A DNA stretch of 64,000 nt from Candidatus Bathyarchaeia archaeon (GCA_038870975.1 JAVZJD010000002.1:320001-384000), one strand, 5' to 3'; counted from the first letter of the stretch, positions 30,097 to 40,585 are shown. Notes: generated by a model not told the origin, from the letters alone. Numbers and translations are program-made.

Positions 30097-31089
30097 ATGC
30101 CGTGTACGGTTGTAGTCGGAGGCTTCTTCGGAGACGAAGGTAAGGGTAAGATAGTAGCCTATTTGGCTTTAAAGGATGAAGTAGATGCTTGTGCTAGAAC
30201 AGGCTCTGTTAATGCTGGACACACCGTGGTGTGGAAGAATGTAAAGTATGGGCTAAGAATGGTTCCCTCGGCGTTTGTTTACGAGAACTGTAAACTGTAT
30301 ATTGCTCCAGGTGCAAATGTAAATGTAGACATATTCCTTAAGGAGGCGGCTGAAACAAACGTTAAAGGTAGAATATGGGTTGATAGACGTAGCTCGATAA
30401 TAGAAGCTAAACATATCGAACTAGATCGAGCTACAGGCGGACAGATAGGGACGACAGGTCAAGGTGTTGGACCAGCCATAGCAGATAGAGTTAGACGTGT
30501 AGCTAAACTCGCTGAAGAGGTTGAAGAACTAAAAGAGTATTTAACAGATGTCCCCCTAGAGTTAAACGAAATACTTGATAGGAATGGTAAGGTTATCTTG
30601 GAAGGCACTCAAGGGACCTTTTTATCACTCATTCACGGGACATATCCATACGTTACAAGTAGGGACACGACGGCCTCAGCTATATGTAGTGAAGCTGGCA
30701 TAGGACCTAAGAGGGTCGATGAGGTCTTACTAGTCTTCAAAGCCTACGTTACAAGAGTCGGTAAAGGTCCTCTTGAGGGGGAGGTTGATCGTGAAGAAGC
30801 CCTGAGAAAAGGATGGTTGGAGAAGGCCACAGTAACTGGTAGAGAACGTAGAGCGGCACCATTTAATTTTAATCTAGCCCAAAGAGCGGTTATGCTCAAT
30901 GCACCTACACAACTCGCAATAACGAAGTTAGATGTTCTATACCCCGAGTGCGCAGGTGCTCGCTCTTTTAGCGAGTTGTCCTTGGAAGCTAAACAGTTTA
31001 TAAGAGGGATAGAGGAGAAACTTAAAGTTCCAGTAATGTTGATCGGTACTGGTCCTGGCGTCGAAGACGTAGTCGATAGGAGGTTTTAA
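30097..31089 (+). CDS. purA: Adenylosuccinate synthetase (short archaeal form)
   Basis: GGFFGDEGKGK, NAGHT, EGTQG, YPYVTSRD, TVTGRERR, TKLD. Confidence 0.95.
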   Translation: MPCTVVVGGFFGDEGKGKIVAYLALKDEVDACARTGSVNAGHTVVWKNVKYGLRMVPSAFVYENCKLYIAPGANVNVDIFLKEAAETNVKGRIWVDRRSSIIEAKHIELDRATGGQIGTTGQGVGPAIADRVRRVAKLAEEVEELKEYLTDVPLELNEILDRNGKVILEGTQGTFLSLIHGTYPYVTSRDTTASAICSEAGIGPKRVDEVLLVFKAYVTRVGKGPLEGEVDREEALRKGWLEKATVTGRERRAAPFNFNLAQRAVMLNAPTQLAITKLDVLYPECAGARSFSELSLEAKQFIRGIEEKLKVPVMLIGTGPGVEDVVDRRF

Positions 31090-31094
31090 AAACG

Positions 31095-32201
31095 TTAGAT
31101 TTCAACCATAAGCTCCCTTTCAATACCCTTTTCTGGATATGGATATACGAGAACCGATTCGGGGTTTAAACGTATTCTAACCTTTTCACCTATTTTTTTA
31201 ACATTTTTATCTATCGGATAATTTACAACTATTGTCTCATCCGTTTCGGTTTTTATGTCGTAGCGGTAGTATTCACCCATGAATCTAGCTCTTATTACTG
31301 TCCCGGTTAGAGAGTCGCTTTGCTCAATATTGCTGTCCATGGAAAACTCGAAATTTTCAGGTCTTACTGCTAAAACTACACTATCTCCCTCTGAAAAACC
31401 TTTAGCGTGTAATTCGATCGACTTTCCACTAGTTAGGGTGATTAAGATCTTCTCTCCCATTACTTTTCTAACGACTCCTTTAATTATGTTGACTTTCCCT
31501 ATGAAGTCTGCTATAAAGAGGTTTTTTGGACGCCAATAGAGATTTTCCGGCGTATCAAAGTCTTCAACGATACCACTTCGCATAACGACTATCCTGTCAG
31601 CGACTGTTAATGCTTCTTCCTGGTTATGCGTTACGTGTATCGCAGTCAAATTCAAGCCTTTGACTATTCTTCTAAGCTCGTACCTAAGGTTTACTCTTAT
31701 TCTAGGGTCTAAAGCTCCCAAAGGTTCATCCAAAAGGAGGAGTTTAGCTCCAGCGGCTAAAGCCCTGGCTATGGCAACCATTTGAGCGACTCCTCCACTC
31801 AACTCATACGGGTAAAGTCCTCCATATTTGGCGATATTGAGAATATTCATTAGCTCTTTAACTACTTTATCCGATGTACTCCTATCCATACATTTAACTA
31901 TTGGACCATACATAATGTTACCACAACTATCCATGTGAGGAAATAGAGCAATATTTTGAAAAACAAAGCCAACTCGTCTTTCTTCAGGAGGTTCATATGT
32001 GACATCTTTTCCGTCAATGTAGACGCGCCCACTATCTGGCTGTAAAAGCCCTGCTATTATCCTCAGAAGTGTAGATTTTCCACAACCGCTTGGCCCCAAT
32101 ATGCATACATACTCACCATCTTTAACTGTTAACGTTATACCCCTGAGGGCATGGATTTCCCCAAACTTCTTATTTACATTTATAAGTTTCACTTCAGGCA
32201 T
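31095..32201 (-). CDS. ABC importer ATP-binding subunit (PotA/CysA-like, TOBE domain)
   Basis: GPSGCGKST, LSGG, LLLDEP, HVTHNQEEA. Confidence 0.92.
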   Translation of the reverse strand: MPEVKLINVNKKFGEIHALRGITLTVKDGEYVCILGPSGCGKSTLLRIIAGLLQPDSGRVYIDGKDVTYEPPEERRVGFVFQNIALFPHMDSCGNIMYGPIVKCMDRSTSDKVVKELMNILNIAKYGGLYPYELSGGVAQMVAIARALAAGAKLLLLDEPLGALDPRIRVNLRYELRRIVKGLNLTAIHVTHNQEEALTVADRIVVMRSGIVEDFDTPENLYWRPKNLFIADFIGKVNIIKGVVRKVMGEKILITLTSGKSIELHAKGFSEGDSVVLAVRPENFEFSMDSNIEQSDSLTGTVIRARFMGEYYRYDIKTETDETIVVNYPIDKNVKKIGEKVRIRLNPESVLVYPYPEKGIERELMVEI

Positions 32202-33295
32202 TATGAGACACCCATTATCTCAGCTATAGCTGCTCTTAAACCACCTTTTGGACATGAGAAGAGATGGATGGCATTTGGGTCTACTACCAGAGATACATGT
32301 GCGCCCTTCTCAAAACCGCTTTTATCCGTTTTAACTTGCACTTTCAACCCGTTGTTTAGACATACTATAAGCTTTCTATGCTTAAATGAGAAAATGGAGT
32401 CTTCAATCTTACCAATAAGTTCTCCGTCAGATTCCTGAATTTTGAAATCTTTCGGTTTAATGCCGATTATGACCATTTCTCCCCTCTTGAACGGGCCTCT
32501 TGCAGAAGATTTTAGCCTAATACCACCTATATCGATGATTGTACCATCAACAGAGACTTCTTCAACAATACCCTCCATCAGATTCATATCACTCATAAAT
32601 CCCGCGACGAAAACATTCTTAGGTTCTTCAACTATTTCAAACGGTGTTCCAATTTGAACCACCTCACCTCTATTTATAATAGCTATTCTATCGGCTAATG
32701 CCAAGGCCTCTTCTACATCATTAGTCACGTGTAAAGTAGTCAAACCCAAACTTTTAACAAAGTCCCTAAGCTCATACTGTAGCTCTGCTTTTATTTTGGC
32801 ATCAAGTTGACTCAGGGGTTCATCTAAAAGCAGTATACTTGCACCTGTCACTATAGTTCTAGCTAAGGCTACCCTCTGTTGCATTCCTCCACTCAACTCT
32901 CTAGGATACGAATAAGCTCGATTATCTAGGTGCATTAATCTCAATACTTCTAAAGCCCTTTTTTCAGCCTCTCTCGAATCGTAGCCTCTGACTTTTAAGC
33001 CGAAAGCTACATTCTCTAAGATGGTCATATGGGGGAAGAGCGCAAAATTTTGAAAGAATAATGAGACGTTTCTTTCCTCAGGAGGATAGTCGTCAACTCT
33101 AACACCATCTATGTAGATTTCACCAGCATCCTGTTTTAAAAGACCAGCTATTATCCTTAGAAGCGTAGTCTTACCAGCTCCTGTCGGACCGAGTACAACT
33201 ACATATTCACCGTCCGAAATTTCTAAGTTTACATTTTTAAGAGCAAGAAGCCTCCCAAATTTCTTTGAAATATTAGACAGCCTTAAACTTCCCAT
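32201..33295 (-). CDS. ABC importer ATP-binding subunit (PotA/CysA-like)
   Basis: GPTGAGKTT, LSGGMQQR, LLLDEP; H-loop reads HVTND. Confidence 0.92.
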   Translation of the reverse strand: MGSLRLSNISKKFGRLLALKNVNLEISDGEYVVVLGPTGAGKTTLLRIIAGLLKQDAGEIYIDGVRVDDYPPEERNVSLFFQNFALFPHMTILENVAFGLKVRGYDSREAEKRALEVLRLMHLDNRAYSYPRELSGGMQQRVALARTIVTGASILLLDEPLSQLDAKIKAELQYELRDFVKSLGLTTLHVTNDVEEALALADRIAIINRGEVVQIGTPFEIVEEPKNVFVAGFMSDMNLMEGIVEEVSVDGTIIDIGGIRLKSSARGPFKRGEMVIIGIKPKDFKIQESDGELIGKIEDSIFSFKHRKLIVCLNNGLKVQVKTDKSGFEKGAHVSLVVDPNAIHLFSCPKGGLRAAIAEIMGVS

Positions 33296-33324
33296 TTACA
33301 GCTAAAGTAAGTACATAAAAAATA

Positions 33325-35037
33325 TTAAATTCTTCTCCTTCTACTGACAATTCTAAACACTATCATCATGACCATGGATATAAGGATCAGATAAGCTGAA
33401 GTGAATAGAGCTGCTGGTATAGCTAGTGATTCTACCATGTTTACGACTAAAACCGATATTGGTGTATCTGCTCCCATCACTATCATAGCTGCGCCAGTTT
33501 CCCCAAGAGAATGTGTGAAGGACAAAATAGCTCCAGTAATTATGCCTTCTTTAAGAATAGGTAGGCTTATCTTCTCAATAACATGATATGGATTTGCTCC
33601 TAAAGTTTTTGCAGCATCTTCATATAGCTTTATATTCGACCCTTCGTAAACAGCCATAGTAGTTTCGACTATTACGGGAACCGAAAAAACTATCTGGGTT
33701 AAAATTATGAGCCAGATGCCTGGGGTTAAAAACCCAAGGAACTTTGGACCCCAGAGGAGAAGCATGGATAAGCCTAGAGCAGAAGACGGTATTACAAGCG
33801 GGATTTTAAGTATGGCCCTTAAAACCTTGCCAAACTTATATTTATCGATAATGTACACAAGGGGGATAGACAGGAAGACTGATATGTATGTTGATGAAAA
33901 AGCCGAAACAAAAGATACAGCTGTTGATTTAAGTATCACAGGGAAGTAATTTGCGGGACCAAACAGCTGGTAGATAATGCTCCCCTCAGTCTTCCCAGTA
34001 TACGGGTCTTTAAACATGTGGTTAAAGACCGACTCTATGACCACTATAATTGGAGTGACTGTTAAAACAAGCAAGATGACAGTGCAAAGACCGTAAAAAG
34101 TATTCTTGAGGCTTCTCTTGGACAGTTTAACCTCAAGTCTTATAAGGAGACTTTCAATAGCAGACCCAGAAACTATCGATGGGGGTTTAATAACACCCCC
34201 CTTAGCACCCATTAAAAACAATTCAACAGGGAGGATTATTAACCATGTTATAGCAACCAATATTAACCCAAGAAACGCTGCGGTTCCAAGCTTAAACTCA
34301 AACTCCCACTTAACAACAGCGACAGCTGCAGTAAGTCTCACGCCAGCTACGATAAGCGTTGCACCTGTCTCACCAAGGGATCTGGCAAATGCAAGTACCG
34401 AGCCTGAGAAAATTGCCGGAAATAACTCAGGTATTAGAATCTTCCTAAATGTAGTTAGAGAGGTGGCTCCGAGCGTTCTAGATGCATCTTCGTAGACTAC
34501 ATCAATTTCTCCAAGTTTTGCTTGGACAGTTCTAACTACGTATGGCAGAGTTAGAGTCACATGAACTATGAATACTATAATCGGTACATCTATAAATGGT
34601 AAACTTGATGCAATACTTAAAACTCCCCTACTTAGTCCAAACCACTTACCTATCCCGGAGGCAGTTGTCCATGTCAACAACGATGCGAAACCGAATCCAG
34701 AGGTTGGTATGACAAGCGGTAGTGTGACTAGCGTTTCTAAGAATAGTTTACCTGGAAAATTAGCCCTAGCCAGCATGAATGCAAGAGGTATGCCTAAAAT
34801 AATATCTACGAAAACCGTTAAAGCAGAGAGTTTAAAGGAGAATATGAGGACTTCCGCTATTAATTTCAAGTTTTCGTTTCCTATAAGTGGGTTTTCGAAA
34901 ACCTCATACACGATGTCGTTTATATAGATGATTGGAAAAGAGGCCAAGAAAACTGTTGGAAGGAGCACCAACATTGTAAATGCTAAAAATGTGGAAGCCA
35001 ATACAATAATTCTTAAGATCCTCCAAGAATTCCACAT
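33325..35037 (-). CDS. ABC importer permease with two fused BPD_transp_1 domains
   Basis: Two EAA loops (YEDASRTLGA, YEDAAKTLGA) and two SLGETGA motifs. Confidence 0.9.
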   Translation of the reverse strand: MWNSWRILRIIVLASTFLAFTMLVLLPTVFLASFPIIYINDIVYEVFENPLIGNENLKLIAEVLIFSFKLSALTVFVDIILGIPLAFMLARANFPGKLFLETLVTLPLVIPTSGFGFASLLTWTTASGIGKWFGLSRGVLSIASSLPFIDVPIIVFIVHVTLTLPYVVRTVQAKLGEIDVVYEDASRTLGATSLTTFRKILIPELFPAIFSGSVLAFARSLGETGATLIVAGVRLTAAVAVVKWEFEFKLGTAAFLGLILVAITWLIILPVELFLMGAKGGVIKPPSIVSGSAIESLLIRLEVKLSKRSLKNTFYGLCTVILLVLTVTPIIVVIESVFNHMFKDPYTGKTEGSIIYQLFGPANYFPVILKSTAVSFVSAFSSTYISVFLSIPLVYIIDKYKFGKVLRAILKIPLVIPSSALGLSMLLLWGPKFLGFLTPGIWLIILTQIVFSVPVIVETTMAVYEGSNIKLYEDAAKTLGANPYHVIEKISLPILKEGIITGAILSFTHSLGETGAAMIVMGADTPISVLVVNMVESLAIPAALFTSAYLILISMVMMIVFRIVSRRRRI

Positions 35038-35042
35038 GGTAT

Positions 35043-36182
35043 CTAGCCTCTACTCCTAATTTTAACCCAAATCGTGAAAAGACCCTCAAGTATTTCCCCA
35101 CTAGGGGGGTTATGAATAGTTACATTTAATTCATAGCATACACCATTCTCAGGATTGAAGACTTCACGATCAAGTTCAATGTCGCTTCTAACTGGTCTAA
35201 AGCCGTGCTTAATAGCCTTCTCCTGAGAATCCTTTCTAAGTAAAAATTCAATGAATTTCTCAGCCACCAGCTTTTCCTCATCATCAATCCAGGGGGCATT
35301 TAATATTGCAAACGGGTGGTCGTTGAGAATAGTCCCGAAGCTCGGATACACAGCAACAAGTTGATCCCCCCATCTCTTCAAAGCTTCAACAGAATTGTCA
35401 ATCACAATGTTTTCATAAGCCGAGAATACCGTAAGAGTCGACGGTCCGTTTTCAACAGCCCATTTTCCAAAGAAGCCAGTACTTTTACCGTAGTAAATGA
35501 CTTTAGATTCTATTGTACGCACGATTTCTTGAACAGTTGTATTGACTAAGTCGCTTAACGTCAACTCTTCAACAGGTTTACCAGCGGCTTCAGCAATTTC
35601 AAGCAGTACTGTTGTGACGCCTCCATTGCTTAACATTGGATCTGGATGACCATAGGTAAATTCAACACCTTCTTTAACCAGCCTATAGAGGCTCAGAAAA
35701 CTAGTTAAATTGTATTTATCTAGGAAAGACTTCCAAGTAATTATGACAGTTGGCGTTATTAACACTGGATACCATTCATTAACGATGTCGTAATTGTAGC
35801 CGATTTTCCTCCACTTATAGTTTAAATAGGGAATCCATATGCTAGATGCCGGACTCCAAACGACTGGTTTCGATGAACCGTGCAGTATGAGGTTTACAGT
35901 TTCATGTGAACCTGCGACTGTAAACTCCAACTTGACGGCATGTCCATAATTATCCTTAAAGTACTTTTCAAATAGAGGTGCAATCTCTTCCATCCAACTC
36001 TGTTTTTCACTCGTATAAAGCACCTTAAGAGTAAGCGTTTTCTGAGTTGGAATTAGATTCTTTAAGGCTCTAACAGAGAATACTGCTGCTATCAATGTGA
36101 AGAGTAAGAAGCCTATTAAAATACCCACTAGAAGTAGAAGATATCCCTCTGATGGGACTACTCTACGGCTCTTTTTAGACAT
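35043..36182 (-). CDS. Membrane-anchored solute-binding protein (type usually fused to vWA)
   Basis: N-terminal TM; SEKQ, PVVWSPASSIW, GHPDPMLSNGG, STGFFG, YENIVI, VYPSFGTILNDHP. Confidence 0.8.
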   Translation of the reverse strand: MSKKSRRVVPSEGYLLLLVGILIGFLLFTLIAAVFSVRALKNLIPTQKTLTLKVLYTSEKQSWMEEIAPLFEKYFKDNYGHAVKLEFTVAGSHETVNLILHGSSKPVVWSPASSIWIPYLNYKWRKIGYNYDIVNEWYPVLITPTVIITWKSFLDKYNLTSFLSLYRLVKEGVEFTYGHPDPMLSNGGVTTVLLEIAEAAGKPVEELTLSDLVNTTVQEIVRTIESKVIYYGKSTGFFGKWAVENGPSTLTVFSAYENIVIDNSVEALKRWGDQLVAVYPSFGTILNDHPFAILNAPWIDDEEKLVAEKFIEFLLRKDSQEKAIKHGFRPVRSDIELDREVFNPENGVCYELNVTIHNPPSGEILEGLFTIWVKIRSRG

Positions 36183-36319
36183 CGTTTCACTTTACCGATA
36201 TAGAAAAGTATTAAATTACCTTTAGCTTTTTCTCTGCAGGTTTATAAGCGCATTTCTCAGACTTAAGAGACTATGAATAAGCTTTTTTAGAACCTTAACG
36301 ATCATAACTATGATTATTA

Positions 36320-37021
36320 TTGAGTGAAGAACTTTTAGAGTGGCTCCGTAGAAGACGTAGGGTTTCGGCTATAGAGCATATGGAAGACCATCTTGAGTTA
36401 ACCGTAGACTGCGTAGAGGCGTTGTATAACGCTATAAAAATGTCTTTAAGTGGTTTAGAAGACCCCTCACAGAAGCTTAAAGAGCTATCCTATAAGGAGA
36501 TGGAGGCAGATTACATAAGGAGGTCCATTTTAAATGAACTTTCAGCTAGTGAACTAATGCCAGATGATAAGGCTTCTTTAATGGATCTCGTTCGGAGAAT
36601 AGATTGGATAGCAGATTGGGCTAGAGAAGCCGGTAGGTTAATGACCATCATACGTATCGAGAAGCTTAATGAAGATTTGAAAAATTCTCTTCTCAAAATG
36701 GTGGAGCGAGTTAGGGAATGCGCATATAATGTGAAGAATACTATTTCGCTGTTAATTTCGGATGTGGAGAAATCTCTTGTAAGTGCCGATAGAGTTGAGA
36801 GATTGGAAGAAGAAGTGGATGATATTTACGAGGAGTGTCGTAAAATCTTTGTAAAAGAGAGCTCCTGTGGAGATGCTACGCTTGGTGAGGCCATAATGAT
36901 TGCTCAGTTTCTAGATGCCCTTGAAAACGTAGCAGATTGGTGTGAAAACACCGTAGACCAAGTTAGAGTTATAGCTGTTAGAGTTTCTATGCCCAGGGGA
37001 TTAAAAACTACCAGGTCTTAG
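36320..37021 (+). CDS. DUF47/TIGR00153 PhoU-like phosphate transport regulator
   Basis: EMEADYIRR, IDWIAD, LEEEVDD, LENVADWCE. Confidence 0.88.
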   Translation: MSEELLEWLRRRRRVSAIEHMEDHLELTVDCVEALYNAIKMSLSGLEDPSQKLKELSYKEMEADYIRRSILNELSASELMPDDKASLMDLVRRIDWIADWAREAGRLMTIIRIEKLNEDLKNSLLKMVERVRECAYNVKNTISLLISDVEKSLVSADRVERLEEEVDDIYEECRKIFVKESSCGDATLGEAIMIAQFLDALENVADWCENTVDQVRVIAVRVSMPRGLKTTRS

Positions 37022-37133
37022 TTAAGCGCTAAAACAATGTAATGAAACTAAAATAATAGCTCAACTATTTAAAGAGAGAGTATTTAGATTAAGCTGTTGA
37101 ATATGAACCTAGTATTCAACTGGAGGATCTGAT

Positions 37134-37388
37134 ATGAGCGAGAGAAGCATGGGTTTCCTCTTATGTTTGTTAAGTATAGTAATCATAGTGGTTTATACGT
37201 GGATTTTATTCCTATCGCCAACGGACTGGGAGATTATGGATAAGCAACTTAGCTGGTGGGCTTTGGCGATACCCGTATACATTATCGTTTTAATTTTCTG
37301 GGCCATCCTGATATGGATTGGATGGGCTATGGCGACTACTAAAGCACCTCCAACACCTATGTCTGAAGAAAAGAAGGAAAAAGGCTAA
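37134..37388 (+). CDS. Small two-TM protein, PIG-P/DPM2-like
   Basis: RBS GGAGG; GFLLCLLS...YTW...WALAIPVY...WIGWAMATT. Confidence 0.7.
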   Translation: MSERSMGFLLCLLSIVIIVVYTWILFLSPTDWEIMDKQLSWWALAIPVYIIVLIFWAILIWIGWAMATTKAPPTPMSEEKKEKG

Positions 37389-37561
37389 CTACTGAGACTC
37401 GTTATCCAATTTTGACCCGGTTTTCTATTCAATACTAACCGTTTGATATAGTTGCTCTTGTTTTTAACTCTAGGCGATGGGGAAGTTTTAGGCTTAGCTG
37501 GTATCTTAGGAGTTTGACTTCTAACCTTACCAGCTTTTGTAAGGCTTCCGTGAGTTGGCAT
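37385..37561 (-). CDS. rps30e: 30S ribosomal protein S30e (58 aa, not in ORF track)
   Basis: [41 protein letters not shown]. Confidence 0.95.
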   Translation of the reverse strand: MPTHGSLTKAGKVRSQTPKIPAKPKTSPSPRVKNKSNYIKRLVLNRKPGQNWITSLSS

Positions 37562-37734
37562 AATCTACACCTGAGTAGATAACCTTCAGAGATGTTTAAA
37601 AACTTAACTTTTACAGACCCTTTTTATTCAAATATTCTCCAATAAATCTTCCGCTTAAGAATATCCCAATTTTTCCTAAATATGGAGTACACCTAGGGAA
37701 TACTTTATTTTTTAAGATCTACTCTATAAAGCTG

Positions 37735-38667
37735 ATGAATAGTCAAGAGCAGAGAGCACTCTTAGAGGTTAAAATTTTAAATTTGAGTTTTCCAAATCCG
37801 CTTATTCTGGCTGCTGGAGTACTTGGTTTAACCTCGCCAATTCTCAAAAGAGTTGAACTGTCAGGTGCAGGAGGCATAGTTACAAAATCTATAGGTCTTT
37901 TACCAAGGGAGGGATATCCAAATCCTACGATCGTTGATTTAGGGTTTGGACTCTTAAATTCAATGGGTCTACCAAATCCAGGGTTAAAAGCGTTCATAGA
38001 GGAGCTTGAATACCTTGAAGAGTTAAAGGTCCCCCTCATATTGAGTATTTATGCGTTTTCTAAAGATGAATTAGTAGAAATGGGAAACATTATTTCAGAA
38101 CTTAAAACCGTTTCGGCGGTGGAACTTAATGTTTCCTGTCCCCACGTGGGAGAGGTTTCAGAAGTAGGTAGAGACCCTGAACTTGTAAAATCCTACGTTA
38201 AAACGCTTAAAGATAGTTTAAACAATAAACCGATCATAGTGAAACTTACACCAAACGTTTCAGATGTAGTGTCAATAGCTACAGCAGCCGTCAACGGAGG
38301 AGCTGATGCATTAACAGCGATAAACACTGTAAAGGCCATGGCTATAGACGTAGAAACTGGTAGACCGGTATTGGCTGGAAGGTTTGGCGGATTATCGGGG
38401 CCAGCTATTAAACCAATAGCTTTGAGATGTGTTTACGAAATAACTGAGTCGCTAGATGTTCCAGTATTTGGATGTGGAGGTATAGAAACAGCCCGAGACG
38501 TTATCGAATTCATCATGGCTGGAGCCGTTGCAGTTCAAGTAGGGTCTGCTATAGCTAAACGGGGGTTGAGAGTTTTTAGAGAAATTTCAAAAGAACTGAG
38601 GGAATTTTTGAAGATTAAGGGCTTTAAATCCTTGGAAGAAATCAGGGGGCTAGCCCATAAAAGGTGA
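37735..38667 (+). CDS. pyrD: Dihydroorotate dehydrogenase 1B, catalytic subunit
   Basis: LLNSMGLPNPG, ELNVSCPH, KLTPN, INT, GGLSGPAIKP. Confidence 0.95.
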   Translation: MNSQEQRALLEVKILNLSFPNPLILAAGVLGLTSPILKRVELSGAGGIVTKSIGLLPREGYPNPTIVDLGFGLLNSMGLPNPGLKAFIEELEYLEELKVPLILSIYAFSKDELVEMGNIISELKTVSAVELNVSCPHVGEVSEVGRDPELVKSYVKTLKDSLNNKPIIVKLTPNVSDVVSIATAAVNGGADALTAINTVKAMAIDVETGRPVLAGRFGGLSGPAIKPIALRCVYEITESLDVPVFGCGGIETARDVIEFIMAGAVAVQVGSAIAKRGLRVFREISKELREFLKIKGFKSLEEIRGLAHKR

Positions 38668-38674
38668 AGTCTAA

Positions 38675-39475
38675 ATGAAGAACATTAGAAGGCCCGTAGA
38701 AATTTGTTCAGTTATAGAGGAAAACTTCAAAGTTAAAACACTATTGTTTAAAGATAGGCTCTGTTCGAAGAGCAGGCCCGGTCAATTTCTAATGGTTTGG
38801 ATAGTCGGTGTAGATGAGATACCGTTGAGCATTTCAAGAATTGGAGACATATGTGGGATAACCGTTGCTAAGGTTGGTGAGGCTACAGAAGCCTTACACA
38901 GATTAAAAGTTGGAGATAAGTTCTATATTCGGGGACCCTATGGCAACGGATTTAAAGAAATAGGGCAGTATACGGCAGTTGTAGCTGGAGGGATTGGATT
39001 AGCCGCATTAATGCCATTAATTGAAAGGCTTAAGACTTCCAACCGTAAAATTGACATCTTCCTGGGCTTTAGAAGTAAATCTGATGCCTTCTGGATAGAC
39101 TTACTTGCAAAAAACGTCAACGGTGAGTTTATAATTTCCACGGATGACGGAAGCTTAGGGGTTAAAGGCTTGATCAGTGAAATCTTTCAAAGATTTGTTG
39201 AAGATTTTAAACCACAGTACGATACCGTCTACACATGTGGACCGCCAAGTATGATACGTCAAATATTCAGAGTTTGCGAGAGAATGAGGTATAGAGTCCA
39301 AGCGAGTCTAGAAGCATATATGAAGTGCGCGATGGGAATATGTGGAAGCTGTTGCCTAGGACCCTATAGGGTCTGTAGTGATGGACCTGTCTTTTCAAAT
39401 CGTCAACTGGCAAAAATGCCTGAACTCGGCATATATACACGTGGCTCAGATGGAATGAAGAAGCTCATTCAATGA
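38675..39475 (+). CDS. pyrK: Dihydroorotate dehydrogenase electron-transfer subunit
   Basis: PGQFLMVW, RGPYGNGF, GGIG, CGP, MKCAMGICGSC, VCSDGPVF. Confidence 0.93.
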   Translation: MKNIRRPVEICSVIEENFKVKTLLFKDRLCSKSRPGQFLMVWIVGVDEIPLSISRIGDICGITVAKVGEATEALHRLKVGDKFYIRGPYGNGFKEIGQYTAVVAGGIGLAALMPLIERLKTSNRKIDIFLGFRSKSDAFWIDLLAKNVNGEFIISTDDGSLGVKGLISEIFQRFVEDFKPQYDTVYTCGPPSMIRQIFRVCERMRYRVQASLEAYMKCAMGICGSCCLGPYRVCSDGPVFSNRQLAKMPELGIYTRGSDGMKKLIQ

Positions 39476-39593
39476 CTTATGTGTTTTAGACGCTACAATG
39501 GCATCTCATCATACCTTACGTCATAAATCTTAAAGGATGTTAAATAAACTGTACGATAAAGTTGGGGGTGTTCACTTAGGGAGGGATTGATAT

Positions 39594-40196
39594 ATGTTTA
39601 ACCATGAGGAAAATCCCAAAGCCAGATATTTTAACGGTGAAGTCTATTCAAACTATTTAGTTGTTGTAGCTCACTGTGTGCTCAACCAAGCAACTAGATG
39701 GTTTTGGAACAACGAGTCTGGTGCTTGGACTGAAGGATTCATTTCAGACTTTCTTGAGAAGCTCAAAATGATGGGGGTTGGATTATATCAACTTCCATGT
39801 CCAGAGTTCAGTTTGTTAGGAAACCCTAGGAGGCCTATGACCCGGGACGAGTATGAAGTTCTGCCTGGATTCGTAGATCACTGTAGAACTTTAGCTAAAA
39901 ATACTCTTCGAGACTTGAAAGCGTTTAAAGAACTTTCAACAAAACCTAAAATAGTGATTTTAGCCATCATAGGTATCGAGGGAAGTCCATCGTGTGGAGT
40001 AGAATTCACCTCACGTAAAATCACAAACACCAGTGTAAGACTCACTGGAAGAGGGATTTTCATGGAAATACTAGAAGAGTTGATGAGTATTGAGGGAATG
40101 AATATACCCTTCTTCGGTTTAGACGGTAGGAGGCTGACAGAGTCCATTTCAAATATTTCCCATCTGTTAGAGAAGCGTATTAAAGAGCTAGTCTAA
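39594..40196 (+). CDS. DUF523/TudS-related putative desulfidase
   Basis: VAHCVLNQ, QLPCPE, IGIEGSPSCG, GIFME. Confidence 0.75.
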   Translation: MFNHEENPKARYFNGEVYSNYLVVVAHCVLNQATRWFWNNESGAWTEGFISDFLEKLKMMGVGLYQLPCPEFSLLGNPRRPMTRDEYEVLPGFVDHCRTLAKNTLRDLKAFKELSTKPKIVILAIIGIEGSPSCGVEFTSRKITNTSVRLTGRGIFMEILEELMSIEGMNIPFFGLDGRRLTESISNISHLLEKRIKELV

Positions 40197-40580
40197 AATC
40201 TCTATGAAGCCTCTATCAGCATAAACTTTTACAAAGACTCCATTTTTAAACACGTTTTTCTCAGGCTTGTCGACCAAAGGTATGCCTGCAATTATAGCTC
40301 CAACTGCAACTATAGGCTCGGCCTCCATACATATCATCGCCGAAGGAGCCTTCCCTTTCTTAGCTAAACCGTAGATAACGTAAGAGCCTACTGTTGAACC
40401 TCTACCAGCTTGAAAAACTAAGACTCTACCAGTTATAGACTTCCCATAGAGAGAGTGTTTTTCATCACATACCACTCCAGTTGTTCTATCGATTTGACCG
40501 AAGAAGCTTAGAGGCTCAGGAGATACTAGAGCATAACCTTCTCCATATCCTTTAGATATGCTTCTACATCTTATAATCAA
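40188..40580 (-). CDS. Aconitase X swivel subunit (phosphomevalonate dehydratase small subunit)
   Basis: LSFFGQID..TG, GRGSTVGSY, EPIVAVGAI. Confidence 0.9.
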   Translation of the reverse strand: MIIRCRSISKGYGEGYALVSPEPLSFFGQIDRTTGVVCDEKHSLYGKSITGRVLVFQAGRGSTVGSYVIYGLAKKGKAPSAMICMEAEPIVAVGAIIAGIPLVDKPEKNVFKNGVFVKVYADRGFIEILD

Positions 40581-40585
40581 TTATA

